Shown here in pieces: positions 40,501 to 55,928 of a stretch of DNA of 64,000 nt. The position numbers and the translations under genes were made by a program. The stretch's first letter is position 1, and the number at the start of each line of letters is the position of its first letter. Location of the stretch: assembly GCA_046563655.1 (NCBI GenBank), contig JAJCTO010000009.1, positions 558,001 through 622,000 of the forward strand, in the 5' to 3' direction. Source of the DNA: Yuukianura sp. NJ FZ-2021. Taxonomy: Eukaryota. A model generated the notes under the pieces. That model saw only the letters and a list, made by a program, of their open reading frames with translations. It searched no databases and was not told the origin of the DNA.

Positions 40501-43500
40501 TAGAACAGGCAAACAGTGGAACTCAACATTACCTCTAAGGGCTCAAAATTTAGGATTTAAGCCGTAAAACTCGTCAAAAAACCACTCTCTTATTTTCGGA
40601 CATGTAAAGTGGTTTTTACCTTTAAATCCCCGATCTGAAATTACATAGCCTAAAAGTAAAGATTTAACTAAAAAAACGTGGCAAGACAAAATCCTGTTGT
40701 AGAACAGGCAAACAGTAAAGATTTAACTAAAAAAACGTGGTAAGACAAAATGCTGTTGTAGAACAGGCAAACAGTAAAGATTTAACTAAAAAAACGTGGC
40801 AAGACAAAATCCTGTTGTAGAACAGGCAAACAGTAAAGATTTAACTAAAAAAACGTGGCAAGACAAAATCCTGTTGTAGAACAGGCAAACAGTGGAACTC
40901 AACATTACCTCTAAGGGCTCAAAATTTAGGATTTAAGCCGTAAAACTCGTCAAAAAACCACTCTCTTATTTTCGGACATGTAAAGTGGTTTTTACCTTAA
41001 AATCCCCGATCTGAAATTACATAGCCTAAAAGTAAAGATTTAACTAAAAAAACGTGGCAAGACAAAATCCTGTTGTAGAACAGGCAAACAGTAAAGATTT
41101 AACTAAAAAAACGTGGCAAGACAAAATCCTGTTGTAGAACAGGCAAACAGTAAAGATTTAACTAAAAAAACGTGGCAAGACAAAATCCTGTTGTAGAACA
41201 GGCAAACAGTAAAGATTTAACTAAAAAAACGTGGTAAGACAAAATGCTGTTGTAGAACAGGCAAACAGTAAAGATTTAACTAAAAAAACGTGGCAAGACA
41301 AAATCCTGTTGTAGAACAGGCAAACAGTGGAACTCAACATTGCCTCTAAGGCCTCAAAATTTAGGATTTAAGCCGTAAAACTCGTCAAAAAACCACTCTC
41401 TTATTTTCGGACATGTAAAGTGGTTTTTACCTTAAAATCCCCGATCTGAAATTACATAGCCTAAAAGTAAAGATTTAACTAAAAAAACGTGGCAAGACAA
41501 AATCCTGTTGTAGAACAGGCAAACAGTAAAGATTTAACTAAAAAAACGTGGCAAGACAAAATCCTGTTGTAGAACAGGCAAACAGTAAAGATTTAACTAA
41601 AAAAACGTGGTAAGACAAAATGCTGTTGTAGAACAGGCAAACAGTAAAGATTTAACTAAAAAAACGTGGCAAGACAAAATCCTGTTGTAGAACAGGCAAA
41701 CAGTAAAGATTTAACTAAAAAAACGTGGCAAGACAAAATCCTGTTGTAGAACAGGCAAACAGTGGAACTCAACATTACCTCTAAGGGCTCAAAATTTAGG
41801 ATTTAAGCCGTAAAACTCGTCAAAAAACCACTCTCTTATTTTCGGACATGTAAAGTGGTTTTTACCTTAAAATCCCCGATCTGAAATTACATAGCCTAAA
41901 AGTAAAGATTTAACTAAAAAAACGTGGCAAGACAAAATCCTGTTGTAGAACAGGCAAACAGTAAAGATTTAACTAAAAAAACGTGGTAAGACAAAATCCT
42001 GTTGTAGAACAGGCAAACAGTAAAGATTTAACTAAAAAAACGTGGCAAGACAAAATCCTGTTGTAGAACAGGCAAACAGTGGAACTCAACATTACCTCTA
42101 AGGGCTCAAAATTTAGGATTTAAGCCGTAAAACTCGTCAAAAAACCACTCTCTTATTTTCGGACATGTAAAGTGGTTTTTACCTTAAAATCCCCGATCTG
42201 AAATTACATAGCCTAAAAGTAAAGATTTAACTAAAAAAACGTGGCAAGACAAAATCCTGTTGTAGAACAGGCAAACAGTAAAGATTTAACTAAAAAAACG
42301 TGGCAAGACAAAATCCTGTTGTAGAACAGGCAAACAGTAAAGATTTAACTAAAAAAACGTGGTAAGACAAAATGCTGTTGTAGAACAGGCAAACAGTAAA
42401 GATTTAACTAAAAAAACGTGGCAAGACAAAATCCTGTTGTAGAACAGGCAAACAGTGGAACTCAACATTGCCTCTAAGGGCTCAAAATTTAGGATTTAAG
42501 CCGTAAAACTCGTCAAAAAACCAGTCTCTTATTTTCTGACATGTAAAGTGGTTTTTACCTTTAAATCCCCGATCTGAAATTACATAGCCTAAAAGTAAAG
42601 ATTTAACTAAAAAAACGTGGCAAGACAAAATCCTGTTGTAGAACAGGCAAACAGTAAAGATTTAACTAAAAAAACGTGGTAAGACAAAATGCTGTTGTAG
42701 AACAGGCAAACAGTAAAGATTTAACTAAAAAAACGTGGTAAGACAAAATCCTGTTGTAGAACAAGCAAACAGTAAAGATTTAACTAAAAAAACGTGGCAA
42801 GACAAAATCCTGTTCTAGAACAGGCAAACAGTGGAACTCAACATTGCCTCTAAGGCCTCAAAATTTAGGATTTAAGCCGTAGAACTCGTCAAAAAACCAC
42901 TCTCTTATTTTCGGACATGTAAAGTGGTTTTTACCTTAAAATCCCCGATCTGAAATTACATAGCCTAAAAGTAAAGATTTAACTAAAAAAACGTGGCAAG
43001 ACAAAATCCTGTTGTAGAACAGGCAAACAGTAAAGATTTAACTAAAAAAACGTGGCAAGACAAAATCCTGTTGTAGAACAGGCAAACAGTAAAGATTTAA
43101 CTAAAAAAACGTGGTAAGACAAAATGCTGTTGTAGAACAGGCAAACAGTAAAGATTTAACTAAAAAAACGTGGCAAGACAAAATGTAAAGATTTAACTAA
43201 AAAAAACGTGGCAAGACAAAATCCTGTTGTAGAACAGGCAAACAGTAAAGATTTAACTAAAAAAACGTGGCAAGACAAAATCCTGTTGTAGAACAGGCAA
43301 ACAGTGGAACTCAACATTGCCTCTAAGGCCTCAAAATTTAGGATTTAAGCCGTAAAACTCGTCAAAAAACCACTCTCTTATTTTCGGACATGTAAAGTGG
43401 TTTTTACCTTAAAATCCCCGATCTGAAATTACATAGCCTAAAAGTAAAGATTTAACTAAAAAAACGTGGCAAGACAAAATCCTGTTGTAGAACAGGCAAA

Positions 43501-46500
43501 CAGTGGAACTCAACATTACCTCTAAGGGCTCAAAATTTAGGATTTAAGCCGTAAAACTCGTCAAAAAACCACTCTCTTATTTTCGGACATGTAAAGTGGT
43601 TTTTACCTTAAAATCCCCGATCTGAAATTACATAGCCTAAAAGTAAAGATTTAACTAAAAAAACGTGGCAAGACAAAATCCTGTTGTAGAACAGGCAAAC
43701 AGTAAAGATTTAACTAAAAAAACGTGGCAAGACAAAATGCTGTTGTAGAACAGGCAAACAGTAAAGATTTAACTAAAAAAACGTGGCAAGACAAAATCCT
43801 GTTGTAGAACAGGCAAACAGTAAAGATTTAACTAAAAAAACGTGGTAAGACAAAATCCTGTTGTAGAACAGGCAAACAGTAAAGATTTAACTAAAAAAAC
43901 GTGGCAAGACAAAATCCTGTTGTAGAACAGGCAAACAGTGGAACTCAACATTACCTCTAAGGGCTCAAAATTTAGGATTTAAGCCGTAAAACTCGTCAAA
44001 AAACCACTCTCTTATTTTCGGACATGTAAAGTGGTTTTTACCTTTAAATCCCCGATCTGAAATTACATAGCCTAAAAGTAAAGATTTAACTAAAAAAACG
44101 TGGCAAGACAAAATCCTGTTGTAGAACAGGCAAACAGTAAAGATTTAACTAAAAAAACGTGGTAAGACAAAATGCTGTTGTAGAACAGGCAAACAGTAAA
44201 GATTTAACTAAAAAAACGTGGCAAGACAAAATCCTGTTGTAGAACAGGCAAACAGTAAAGATTTAACTAAAAAAAACGTGGCAAGACAAAATCCTGTTGT
44301 AGAACAAGCAAACAGTGGAACTCAACATTACCTCTAAGGGCTCAAAATTTAGGATTTAAGCCGTAAAACTCGTCAAAAAACCACTCTCTTATTTTCGGAC
44401 ATGTAAAGTGGTTTTTACCTTAAAATCCCCGATCTGAAATTACATAGCCTAAAAGTAAAGATTTAACTAAAAAAACGTGGCAAGACAAAATCCTGTTGTA
44501 GAACAGGCAAACAGTAAAGATTTAACTAAAAAAACGTGGCAAGACAAAATCCTGTTGTAGAACAGGCAAACAGTAAAGATTTAACTAAAAAAACGTGGCA
44601 AGACAAAATCCTGTTGTAGAACAGGCAAACAGTAAAGATTTAACTAAAAAAACGTGGTAAGACAAAATGCTGTTGTAGAACAGGCAAACAGTAAAGATTT
44701 AACTAAAAAAACGTGGCAAGACAAAATCCTGTTGTAGAACAGGCAAACAGTGGAACTCAACATTGCCTCTAAGGCCTCAAAATTTAGGATTTAAGCCGTA
44801 AAACTCGTCAAAAAACCACTCTCTTATTTTCGGACATGTAAAGTGGTTTTTACCTTAAAATCCCCGATCTGAAATTACATAGCCTAAAAGTAAAGATTTA
44901 ACTAAAAAAACGTGGCAAGACAAAATCCTGTTGTAGAACAGGCAAACAGTAAAGATTTAACTAAAAAAACGTGGCAAGACAAAATCCTGTTGTAGAACAG
45001 GCAAACAGTAAAGATTTAACTAAAAAAACGTGGCAAGACAAAACCCTGTTGTACAACAAGCAAACAGTGGAACTGCCTCTAAGGCCTCAAAATTTAGGAT
45101 TTAAGCCGTAAAACTCGTCAAAAAACCACTCTCTTATTTTCGGACATGTAAAGTGGTTTTTACCTTTAAATCCCCGATCTGAAATTACATAGCCTAAAAG
45201 TAAAGATTTAACTAAAAAAACGTGGCAAGACAAAATCCTGTTGTAGAACAGGCAAACAGTAAAGATTTAACTAAAAAAACGTGGCAAGACAAAATCCTGT
45301 TGTAGAACAGGCAAACAGTGGAACTCAACATTACCTCTAAGGGCTCAAAATTTAGGATTTAAGCCGTAAAACTCGTCAAAAAACCACTCTCTTATTTTCG
45401 GACATGTAAAGTGGTTTTTACCTTAAAATCCCCGATCTGAAATTACATAGCCTAAAAGTAAAGATTTAACTAAAAAAACGTGGCAAGACAAAATCCTGTT
45501 GTAGAACAGGCAAACAGTAAAGATTTAACTAAAAAAACGTGGTAAGACAAAATGCTGTTGTAGAACAGGCAAACAGTAAAGATTTAACTAAAAAAACGTG
45601 GCAAGACAAAATCCTGTTGTAGAACAGGCAAACAGTGGAACTCAACATTACCTCTAAGGGCTCAAAATTTAGGATTTAAGCCGTAAAACTCGTCAAAAAA
45701 CCACTCTCTTATTTTCGGACATGTAAAGTGGTTTTTACCTTAAAATCCCCGATCTGAAATTACATAGCCTAAAAGTAAAGATTTAACTAAAAAAACGTGG
45801 CAAGACAAAATCCTGTTGTAGAACAGGCAAACAGTAAAGATTTAACTAAAAAAACGTGGCAAGACAAAATCCTGTTGTAGAACAGGCAAACAGTGGAACT
45901 CAACATACCTCTAAGGGCTCAAAATTTAGGATTTAAGCCGTAAAACTCGTCAAAAAACCACTCTCTTATTTTCGGACATGTAAAGTGGTTTTTACCTTAA
46001 AATCCCCGATCTGAAATTACATAGCCTAAAAGTAAAGATTTAACTAAAAAAACGTGGCAAGACAAAATCCTGTTGTAGAACAGGCAAACAGTAAAGATTT
46101 AACTAAAAAAACGTGGTAAGACAAAATGCTGTTGTAGAACAGGCAAACAGTAAAGATTTAACTAAAAAAACGTGGCAAGACAAAATCCTGTTGTAGAACA
46201 GGCAAACAGTGGAACTCAACATTGCCTCTAAGGCCTCAAAATTTAGGATTTAAGCCGTAAAACTCGTCAAAAAACCACTCTCTTATTTTCGGACATGTAA
46301 AGTGGTTTTTACCTTAAAATCCCCGATCTGAAATTACATAGCCTAAAAGTAAAGATTTAACTAAAAAAACGTGGCAAGACAAAATCCTGTTGTAGAACAG
46401 GCAAACAGTAAAGATTTAACTAAAAAAACGTGGCAAGACAAAATCCTGTTGTAGAACAGGCAAACAGTAAAGATTTAACTAAAAAAACGTGGCAAGACAA

Positions 46501-49500
46501 AATCCTGTTGTAGAACAGGCAAACAGTAAAGATTTAACTAAAAAAACGTGGCAAGACAAAATCCTGTTGTAGAACAGGCAAACAGTAAAGATTTAACTAA
46601 AAAAACGTGGCAAGACAAAATCCTGTTGTAGAACAGGCAAACAGTGGAACTCAACATTACCTCTAAGGGCTCAAAATTTAGGATTTAAGCCTTCAAACTT
46701 ACCAAAAAACCAGCCTCTTATTTTTTGACATGTAAAGTGGTTTTTACCTTTAAATCCCCGATCTGAAATTACATAGCCTAAAAGTAAAGATTTAACTAAA
46801 AAAACGTGGCAAGACAAAATCCTGTTGTAGAACAGGCAAACAGTAAAGATTTAACTAAAAAAACGTGGTAAGACAAAATCCTGTTGTAGAACAGGCAAAC
46901 AGTAAAGATTTAACTAAAAAAACGTGGCAAGACAAAATCCTGTTGTAGAACAGGCAAACAGTGGAACTCAACATTACCTCTAAGGGCTCAAAATTTAGGA
47001 TTTAAGCCGTAAAACTCGTCAAAAAACCACTCTCTTATTTTCGGACATGTAAAGTGGTTTTTACCTTAAAATCCCCGATCTGAAATTACATAGCCTAAAA
47101 GTAAAGATTTAACTAAAAAAACGTGGCAAGACAAAATCCTGTTGTAGAACAGGCAAACAGTAAAGATTTAACTAAAAAAACGTGGTAAGACAAAATCCTG
47201 TTGTAGAACAGGCAAACAGTAAAGATTTAACTAAAAAAACGTGGTAAGACAAAATCCTGTTGTAGAACAGGCAAACAGTAAAGATTTAACTAAAAAAACG
47301 TGGTAAGACAAAATCCTGTTGTAGAACAGGCAAACAGTAAAGATTTAACTAAAAAAACGTGGCAAGACAAAATCCTGTTGTAGAACAGGCAAACAGTGGA
47401 ACTCAACATTACCTCTAAGGGCTCAAAATTTAGGATTTAAGCCGTAAAACTCGTCAAAAAACCACTCTCTTATTTTCGGACATGTAAAGTGGTTTTTACC
47501 TTTAAATCCCCGATCTGAAATTACATAGCCTAAAAGTAAAGATTTAACTAAAAAAACGTGGCAAGACAAAATCCTGTTGTAGAACAGGCAAACAGTAAAG
47601 ATTTAACTAAAAAAACGTGGTAAGACAAAATGCTGTTGTAGAACAGGCAAACAGTAAAGATTTAACTAAAAAAACGTGGTAAGACAAAATCCTGTTGTAG
47701 AACAGTCAAACAGTAAAGATTTAACTAAAAAAACGTGGCAAGACAAAATCCTGTTGTAGAACAGGCAAACAGTAAAGATTTAACTAAAAAAACGTGGCAA
47801 GACAAAATCCTGTTGTAGAACAGGCAAACAGTAAAGATTTAACTAAAAAAACGTGGTAAGACAAAATGCTGTTGTAGAACAGGCAAACAGTAAAGATTTA
47901 ACTAAAAAAACGTGGCAAGACAAAATCCTGTTGTAGAACAGGCAAACAGTGGAACTCAACATTGCCTCTAAGGCCTCAAAATTTAGGATTTAAGCCGTAA
48001 AACTCGTCAAAAAACCACTCTCTTATTTTCGGACATGTAAAGTGGTTTTTACCTTAAAATCCCCGATCTGAAATTACATAGCCTAAAAGTAAAGATTTAA
48101 CTAAAAAACGTGGCAAGACAAAATCCTGTTGTAGAACAGTCAAACAGTAAAGATTTAACTAAAAAAACGTGGCAAGACAAAATCCTGTTGTAGAACAGGC
48201 AAACAGTAAAGATTTAACTAAAAAAACGTGGTAAGACAAAATGCTGTTGTAGAACAGGCAAACAGTAAAGATTTAACTAAAAAAACGTGGCAAGACAAAA
48301 TCCTGTTGTAGAACAGTCAAACAGTAAAGATTTAACTAAAAAAACGTGGCAAGACAAAATCCTGTTGCAGAACAGGCAAACAGTGGAACTCAACATTGCC
48401 TCTAAGGGCTCAAAATTTAGGATTTAAGCCTTCAAACTTACCAAAAAACCAGCCTCTTATTTTTTGACATGTAAAGTGGTTTTTACCTTTAAATCCCCGA
48501 TCTGAAATTACATAGCCTAAAAGTAAAGATTTAACTAAAAAAACGTGGCAAGACAAAATCCTGTTGTAGAACAGGCAAACAGTAAAGATTTAACTAAAAA
48601 AACGTGGTAAGACAAAATCCTGTTGTAGAACAGGCAAACAGTAAAGATTTAACTAAAAAAACGTGGCAAGACAAAATCCTGTTGTAGAACAGGCAAACAG
48701 TGGAACTCAACATTGCCTCTAAGGGCTCAGAATTTAGGATTTAAGCCGTAAAACTCGTCAAAAAACCACTCTTTTATTTTCGGACATGTAAAGTGGTTTT
48801 TACCTTAAAATCCCCGATCTGAAATTACATAGCCTAAAAGTAAAGATTTAACTAAAAAAACGTGGCAAGACAAAATCCTGTTGTAGAACAGGCAAACAGT
48901 AAAGATTTAACTAAAAAAACGTGGCAAGACAAAATCCTGTTGTAGAACAGGCAAACAGTAAAGATTTAACTAAAAAAACGTGGTAAGACAAAATGCTGTT
49001 GTAGAACAGGCAAACAGTAAAGATTTAACTAAAAAAACGTGGCAAGACAAAATCCTGTTGTAGAACAGGCAAACAGTGGAACTCAACATTGCCTCTAAGG
49101 GCTCAAAATTTAGGATTTAAGCCTTCAAACTCATCAAAAAACCAGTCTCTTATTTTCTGACATGTAAAGTGGTTTTTACCTTTAAATCCCCGATCTGAAA
49201 TTACATAGCCTAAAAGTAAAGATTTAACTAAAAAAACGTGGCAAGACAAAATCCTGTTGTAGAACAGGCAAACAGTAAAGATTTAACTAAAAAAACGTGG
49301 TAAGACAAAATGCTGTTGTAGAACAGGCAAACAGTAAAGATTTAACTAAAAAAACGTGGTAAGACAAAATGCTGTTGTAGAACAGGCAAACAGTAAAGAT
49401 TTAACTAAAAAAACGTGGTAAGACAAAATCCTGTTGTAGAACAGGCAAACAGTAAAGATTTAACTAAAAAAACGTGGCAAGACAAAATCCTGTTGTAGAA

Positions 49501-52500
49501 CAGGCAAACAGTGGAACTCAACATTACCTCTAAGGGCTCAAAAGTTAGGATTTAAGCCGCAAAACTCGTCAAAAAACCACTCTATTATTTTCGGACATGT
49601 AAAGTGGTTTTTACCTTAAAATCCCCGATCTGAAATTACATAGCCTAAAAGTAAAGATTTAACTAAAAAACGTGGCAAGACAAAATCCTGTTGTAGAACA
49701 GTCAAACAGTAAAGATTTAACTAAAAAAACGTGGCAAGACAAAATCCTGTTGTAGAACAGGCAAACAGTAAAGATTTAACTAAAAAAACGTGGCAAGACA
49801 AAATCCTGTTGTAGAACAGGCAAACAGTAAAGATTTAACTAAAAAAACGTGGTAAGACAAAATGCTGTTGTAGAACAGGCAAACAGTAAAGATTTAACTA
49901 AAAAACGTGGCAAGACAAAATCCTGTTGTGGAACAGGCAAACAGTGGTACTCAACATTGCCTCTCAGGCCTCAAAATTTAGGATTTAAGCCGTAAAACTC
50001 GTCAAAAAACCACTCTATTATTTTCGGACATGTAAAGTGGTTTTTACCTTAAAATCCCCGATCTGAAATTACATAGCCTAAAAGTAAAGATTTAACTAAA
50101 AAAAACGTGGCAAGACAAAATCCTGTTGTAGAACAGGCAAACAGTAAAGATTTAACTAAAAAAACGTGGCAAGACAAAATCCTGTTGTAGAACAGGCAAA
50201 CAGTAAAGATTTAACTAAAAAAACGTGGTAAGACAAAATGCTGTTGTAGAACAGGCAAACAGTAAAGATTTAACTAAAAAAACGTGGCAAGACAAAATCC
50301 TGTTGTAGAACAGGCAAACAGTAAAGATTTAACTAAAAAAACGTGGCAAGACAAAATCCTGTTGTAGAACAGGCAAACAGTGGAACTCAACATTACCTCT
50401 AAGGGCTCAAAATTTAGGATTTAAGCCGTAAAACTCGTCAAAAAACCACTCTCTTATTTTCGGACATGTAAAGTGGTTTTTACCTTTAAATCCCCGATCT
50501 GAAATTACATAGCCTAAAAGTAAAGATTTAACTAAAAAAACGTGGCAAGACAAAATCCTGTTGTAGAACAGGCAAACAGTAAAGATTTAACTAAAAAAAC
50601 GTGGTAAGACAAAATCCTGTTGTAGAACAGGCAAACAGTAAAGATTTAACTAAAAAAAACGTGGCAAGACAAAATGCTGTTGTAGAACAGGCAAACAGTG
50701 GAACTCAACATTGCCTCTAAGGGCTCAGAATTTAGGATTTAAGCCGTAAAACTCGTCAAAAAACCACTCTATTATTTTCGGACATGTAAAGTGGTTTTTA
50801 CCTTAAAATCCCCGATCTGAAATTACATAGCCTAAAAGTAAAGATTTAACTAAAAAAAACGTGGCAAGACAAAATCCTGTTGTAGAACAGGCAAACAGTA
50901 AAGATTTAACTAAAAAAACGTGGCAAGACAAAATCCTGTTGTAGAACAGGCAAACAGTAAAGATTTAACTAAAAAAACGTGGTAAGACAAAATGCTGTTG
51001 TAGAACAGGCAAACAGTAAAGATTTAACTAAAAAACGTGGCAAGACAAAATCCTGTTGTAGAACAGGCAAACAGTGGAACTCAACATTGCCTCTAAGGGC
51101 TCAAAATTTAGGATTTAAGCCTTCAAACTTACCAAAAAACCAGTCTCTTATTTTCTGACATGTAAAGTGGTTTTTACCTTTAAATCCCCGATCTGAAATT
51201 ACATAGCCTAAAAGTAAAGATTTAACTAAAAAAACGTGGCAAGACAAAATCCTGTTGTAGAACAGGCAAACAGTAAAGATTTAACTCAAAAAACGTGGTA
51301 AGACAAAATGCTGTTGTAGAACAGGCAAACAGTAAAGATTTCACTAAAAAAACGTGGTAAGACAAAATCCTGTTGTAGAACAAGCAAACAGTAAAGATTT
51401 AACTAAAAAAACGTGGCAAGACAAAATCGTGTTCTAGAACAGGCAAACAGTGGAACTCAACATTGCCTCTAAGGCCTCACAATTTAGGATTTAAGCCGTA
51501 AAACTCGTCAAAAAACCACTCTATTATTTTCGGACATGTAAAGTGGTTTTTACCTTAAAATCCCCGATCTGAAATTACATAGCCTAAAAGTAAAGATTTA
51601 ACTAAAAAACGTGGCAAGACAAAATCCTGTTGTAGAACAGTCAAACAGTAAAGATTTAACTAAAAAAACGTGGCAAGACAAAATCCTGTTGTAGAACAGG
51701 CAAACAGTAAAGATTTAACTAAAACAACGTGGTAAGACAAAATGCTGTTGTAGAACAGGCAAACAGTAAAGATTTAACTAAAAAAACGTGGCAAGACAAA
51801 ATCGTGTTCTAGAACAGGCAAACAGTGGAACTCAAACATTGCCTCTAAGGCCTCACAATTTAGGATTTAAGCCGTAAAACTCGTCAAAAAACCACTCTAT
51901 TATTTTCGGACATGTAAAGTGGTTTTTACCTTAAAATCCCCGATCTGAAATTACATAGCCTAAAAGTAAAGATTTAACTAAAAAAACGTGGCAAGACAAA
52001 ATCCTGTTGTAGAACAGGCAAACAGTAAAGATTTAACTAAAAAAACGTGGCAAGACAAAATCCTGTTGTAGAACAGGCAAACAGTAAAGATTTAACTAAA
52101 AAAACGTGGTAAGACAAAATGCTGTTGTAGAACAGGCAAACAGTAAAGATTTAACTAAAAAAACGTGGCAAGACAAAATCGTGTTCTAGAACAGGCAAAC
52201 AGTGGAACTCAACATTGCCTCTAAGTGCTCAAAATTTAGGATTTAAGCCTTCAAACTTACCAAAAAACCAGCCTCTTATTTTCTGACATGTAAAGTGGTT
52301 TTTACCTTTAAATCCCCGATCTGAAATTACATAGCCTAAAAGTAAAGATTTAACTAAAAAAACGTGGCAAGACAAAATCCTGTTGTAGAACAGGCAAACA
52401 GTAAAGATTTAACTAAAAAAACGTGGCAAGACAAAATCCTGTTGTAGAACAGGCAAACAGTAAAGATTTAACTAAAAAAAACGTGGCAAGACAAAATCCT

Positions 52501-55500
52501 GTTGTAGAACAGGCAAACAGTGGAACTCAACATTGCCTCTAAGGGCTCAGAATTTAGGATTTAAGCCGTAAAACTCGTCAAAAAACCACTCTATTATTTT
52601 CGGACATGTAAAGTGGTTTTTACCTTAAAATCCCCGATCTGAAATTACATAGCCTAAAAGTAAAGATTTAACTAAAAAACGTGGCAAGACAAAATCCTGT
52701 TGTAGAACAGTCAAACAGTAAAGATTTAACTAAAAAAACGTGGCAAGACAAAATCCTGTTGTAGAACAGGCAAACAGTAAAGATTTAACTAAAAAAACGT
52801 GGCAAGACAAAATCCTGTTGTAGAACAGGCAAACAGTAAAGATTTAACTAAAAAAACGTGGTAAGACAAAATGCTGTTGTAGAACAGGCAAACAGTAAAG
52901 ATTTAACTAAAAAAACGTGGCAAGACAAAAGCCTGTTGTAGAACAGGCAAACAGTGGAACTCAACATTGCCTCTAAGGCCTCAAAATTTAGGATTTAAGC
53001 CGTAAAACTCGTCAAAAAACCACTCTATTATTTTCGGACATGTAAAGTGGTTTTTACCTTAAAATCCCCGATCTGAAATTACATAGCCTAAAAGTAAAGA
53101 TTTAACTAAAAAACGTGGCAAGACAAAATCCTGTTGTAGAACAGTCAAACAGTAAAGATTTAACTAAAAAAACGTGGCAAGACAAAATCCTGTTGTAGAA
53201 CAGGCAAACAGTAAAGATTTAATTAAAAAAACGTGGTAAGACAAAATGCTGTTGTAGAACAGGCAAACAGTAAAGATTTAACTAAAAAAACGTGGCAAGA
53301 CAAAATCCTGTTGTAGAACAGGCAAACAGTAAAGATTTAACTAAAAAAACGTGGTAAGACAAAATCCTGTTGCAGAACAGGCAAACAGTGGAACTCAACA
53401 TTGCCTCTAAGGGCTCAAAATTTAGGATTTAAGCCTTCAAACTTACCAAAAAACCAGCCTCTTATTTTCTGACATGTAAAGTGGTTTTTACCTTTAAATC
53501 CCCGATCTGAAATTACATAGCCTAAAAGTAAAGATTTAACTAAAAAAACGTGGCAAGACAAAATCCTGTTGTAGAACAGGCAAACAGTAAAGATTTAACT
53601 AAAAAAACGTGGTAAGACAAAATCCTGTTGTAGAACAGGCAAACAGTAAAGATTTAACTAAAAAAACGTGGCAAGACAAAATGCTGTTGTAGAACAGGCA
53701 AACAGTGGAACTCAACATTGCCTCTAAGGGCTCAGAATTTAGGATTTAAGCCGTAAAACTCGTCAAAAAACCACTCTATTATTTTCGGACATGTAAAGTG
53801 GTTTTTACCTTAAAATCCCCGATCTGAAATTACATAGCCTAAAAGTAAAGATTTAACTAAAAAACGTGGCAAGACAAAATCCTGTTGTAGAACAGTCAAA
53901 CAGTAAAGATTTAACTAAAAAAACGTGGCAAGACAAAATCCTGTTGTAGAACAGGCAAACAGTAAAGATTTAACTAAAAAAACGTGGTAAGACAAAATGC
54001 TGTTGTAGAACAGGCAAACAGTAAAGATTTAACTAAAAAAACGTGGCAAGACAAAATCCTGTTCTAGAACAGGCAAACAGTGGAACTCAACATTGCCTCT
54101 AAGGCCTCAAAATTTAGGATTTAAGCCTTCAAACTTACCAAAAAACCAGTCTCTTATTTTCTGACATGTAAAGTGGTTTTTACCTTTAAATCCCCGATCT
54201 GAAATTACATAGCCTAAAAGTAAAGATTTAACTAAAAAACGTGGCAAGACAAAATCCTGTTGTAGAACAGGCAAACAGTAAAGATTTAACTCAAAAAACG
54301 TGGTAAGACAAAATGCTGTTGTAGAACAGGCAAACAGTAAAGATTTCACTAAAAAAACGTGGTAAGACAAAATCCTGTTGTAGAACAAGCAAACAGTAAA
54401 GATTTAACTAAAAAAACGTGGCAAGACAAAATCGTGTTCTAGAACAGGCAAACAGTGGAACTCAACATTGCCTCTAAGGCCTCACAATTTAGGATTTAAG
54501 CCGTAAAACTCGTCAAAAAACCACTCTATTATTTTCGGACATGTAAAGTGGTTTTTACCTTAAAATCCCCGATCTGAAATTACATAGCCTAAAAGTAAAG
54601 ATTTAACTAAAAAACGTGGCAAGACAAAATCCTGTTGTAGAACAGTCAAACAGTAAAGATTTAACTAAAAAAACGTGGCAAGACAAAATCCTGTTGTAGA
54701 ACAGGCAAACAGTAAAGATTTAACTAAAAAAACGTGGCAAGACAAAATCCTGTTGTAGAACAGGCAAACAGTAAAGATTTAACTAAAACAACGTGGTAAG
54801 ACAAAATGCTGTTGTAGAACAGGCAAACAGTAAAGATTTAACTAAAAAAACGTGGCAAGACAAAATCGTGTTCTAGAACAGGCAAACAGTGGAACTCAAA
54901 CATTGCCTCTAAGGCCTCACAATTTAGGATTTAAGCCGTAAAACTCGTCAAAAAACCACTCTATTATTTTCGGACATGTAAAGTGGTTTTTACCTTAAAA
55001 TCCCCGATCTGAAATTACATAGCCTAAAAGTAAAGATTTAACTAAAAAACGTGGCAAGACAAAATCCTGTTGTAGAACAGTCAAACAGTAAAGATTTAAC
55101 TAAAAAAACGTGGCAAGACAAAATCCTGTTGTAGAACAGGCAAACAGTAAAGATTTAACTAAAAAAACGTGGTAAGACAAAATGCTGTTGTAGAACAGGC
55201 AAACAGTAAAGATTTAACTAAAAAAACGTGGCAAGACAAAATCGTGTTCTAGAACAGGCAAACAGTGGAACTCAAACATTGCCTCTAAGGCCTCACAATT
55301 TAGGATTTAAGCCGTAAAACTCGTCAAAAAACCACTCTATTATTTTCGGACATGTAAAGTGGTTTTTACCTTAAAATCCCCGATCTGAAATTACATAGCC
55401 TAAAAGTAAAGATTTAACTAAAAAAACGTGGCAAGACAAAATCCTGTTGTAGAACAGGCAAACAGTGGAACTCAACATTGCCTCTAAGGGCTCAGAATTT

Positions 55501-55928
55501 AGGATTTAAGCCGTAAAACTCGTTAAAAAACCACTCTCTTATTTTCGGACATGTAAAGTGGTTTTTACCTTAAAATCCCCGATCTGAAATTACATAGCCT
55601 AAAAGTAAAGATTTAACTAAAAAACGTGGCAAGACAAAATCCTGTTGTAGAACAGGCAAACAGTAAAGATTTAACTAAAAAAACGTGGCAAGACAAAATC
55701 CTGTTGTAGAACAGGCAAACAGTAAAGATTTAACTAAAAAAACGTGGCAAGACAAAATCGTGTTCTAGAACAGGCAAACAGTGGAACTCAACATTGCCTC
55801 TAAGGCCTCACAATTTAGGATTTAAGCCGTAAAACTCGTCAAAAAACCACTCTATTATTTTCGGACATGTAAAGTGGTTTTTACCTTAAAATCCCCGATC
55901 TGAAATTACATAGCCTAAAAGTAAAGAT
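25526..55928. repeat. Satellite DNA array, central block (same family; n = 1-3 up to ~38.5 kb, then up to 7)
   Basis: Same core and subrepeat. Seven consecutive subrepeats at ~47535-47948. Variant density increases to the right. Confidence 0.99.
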
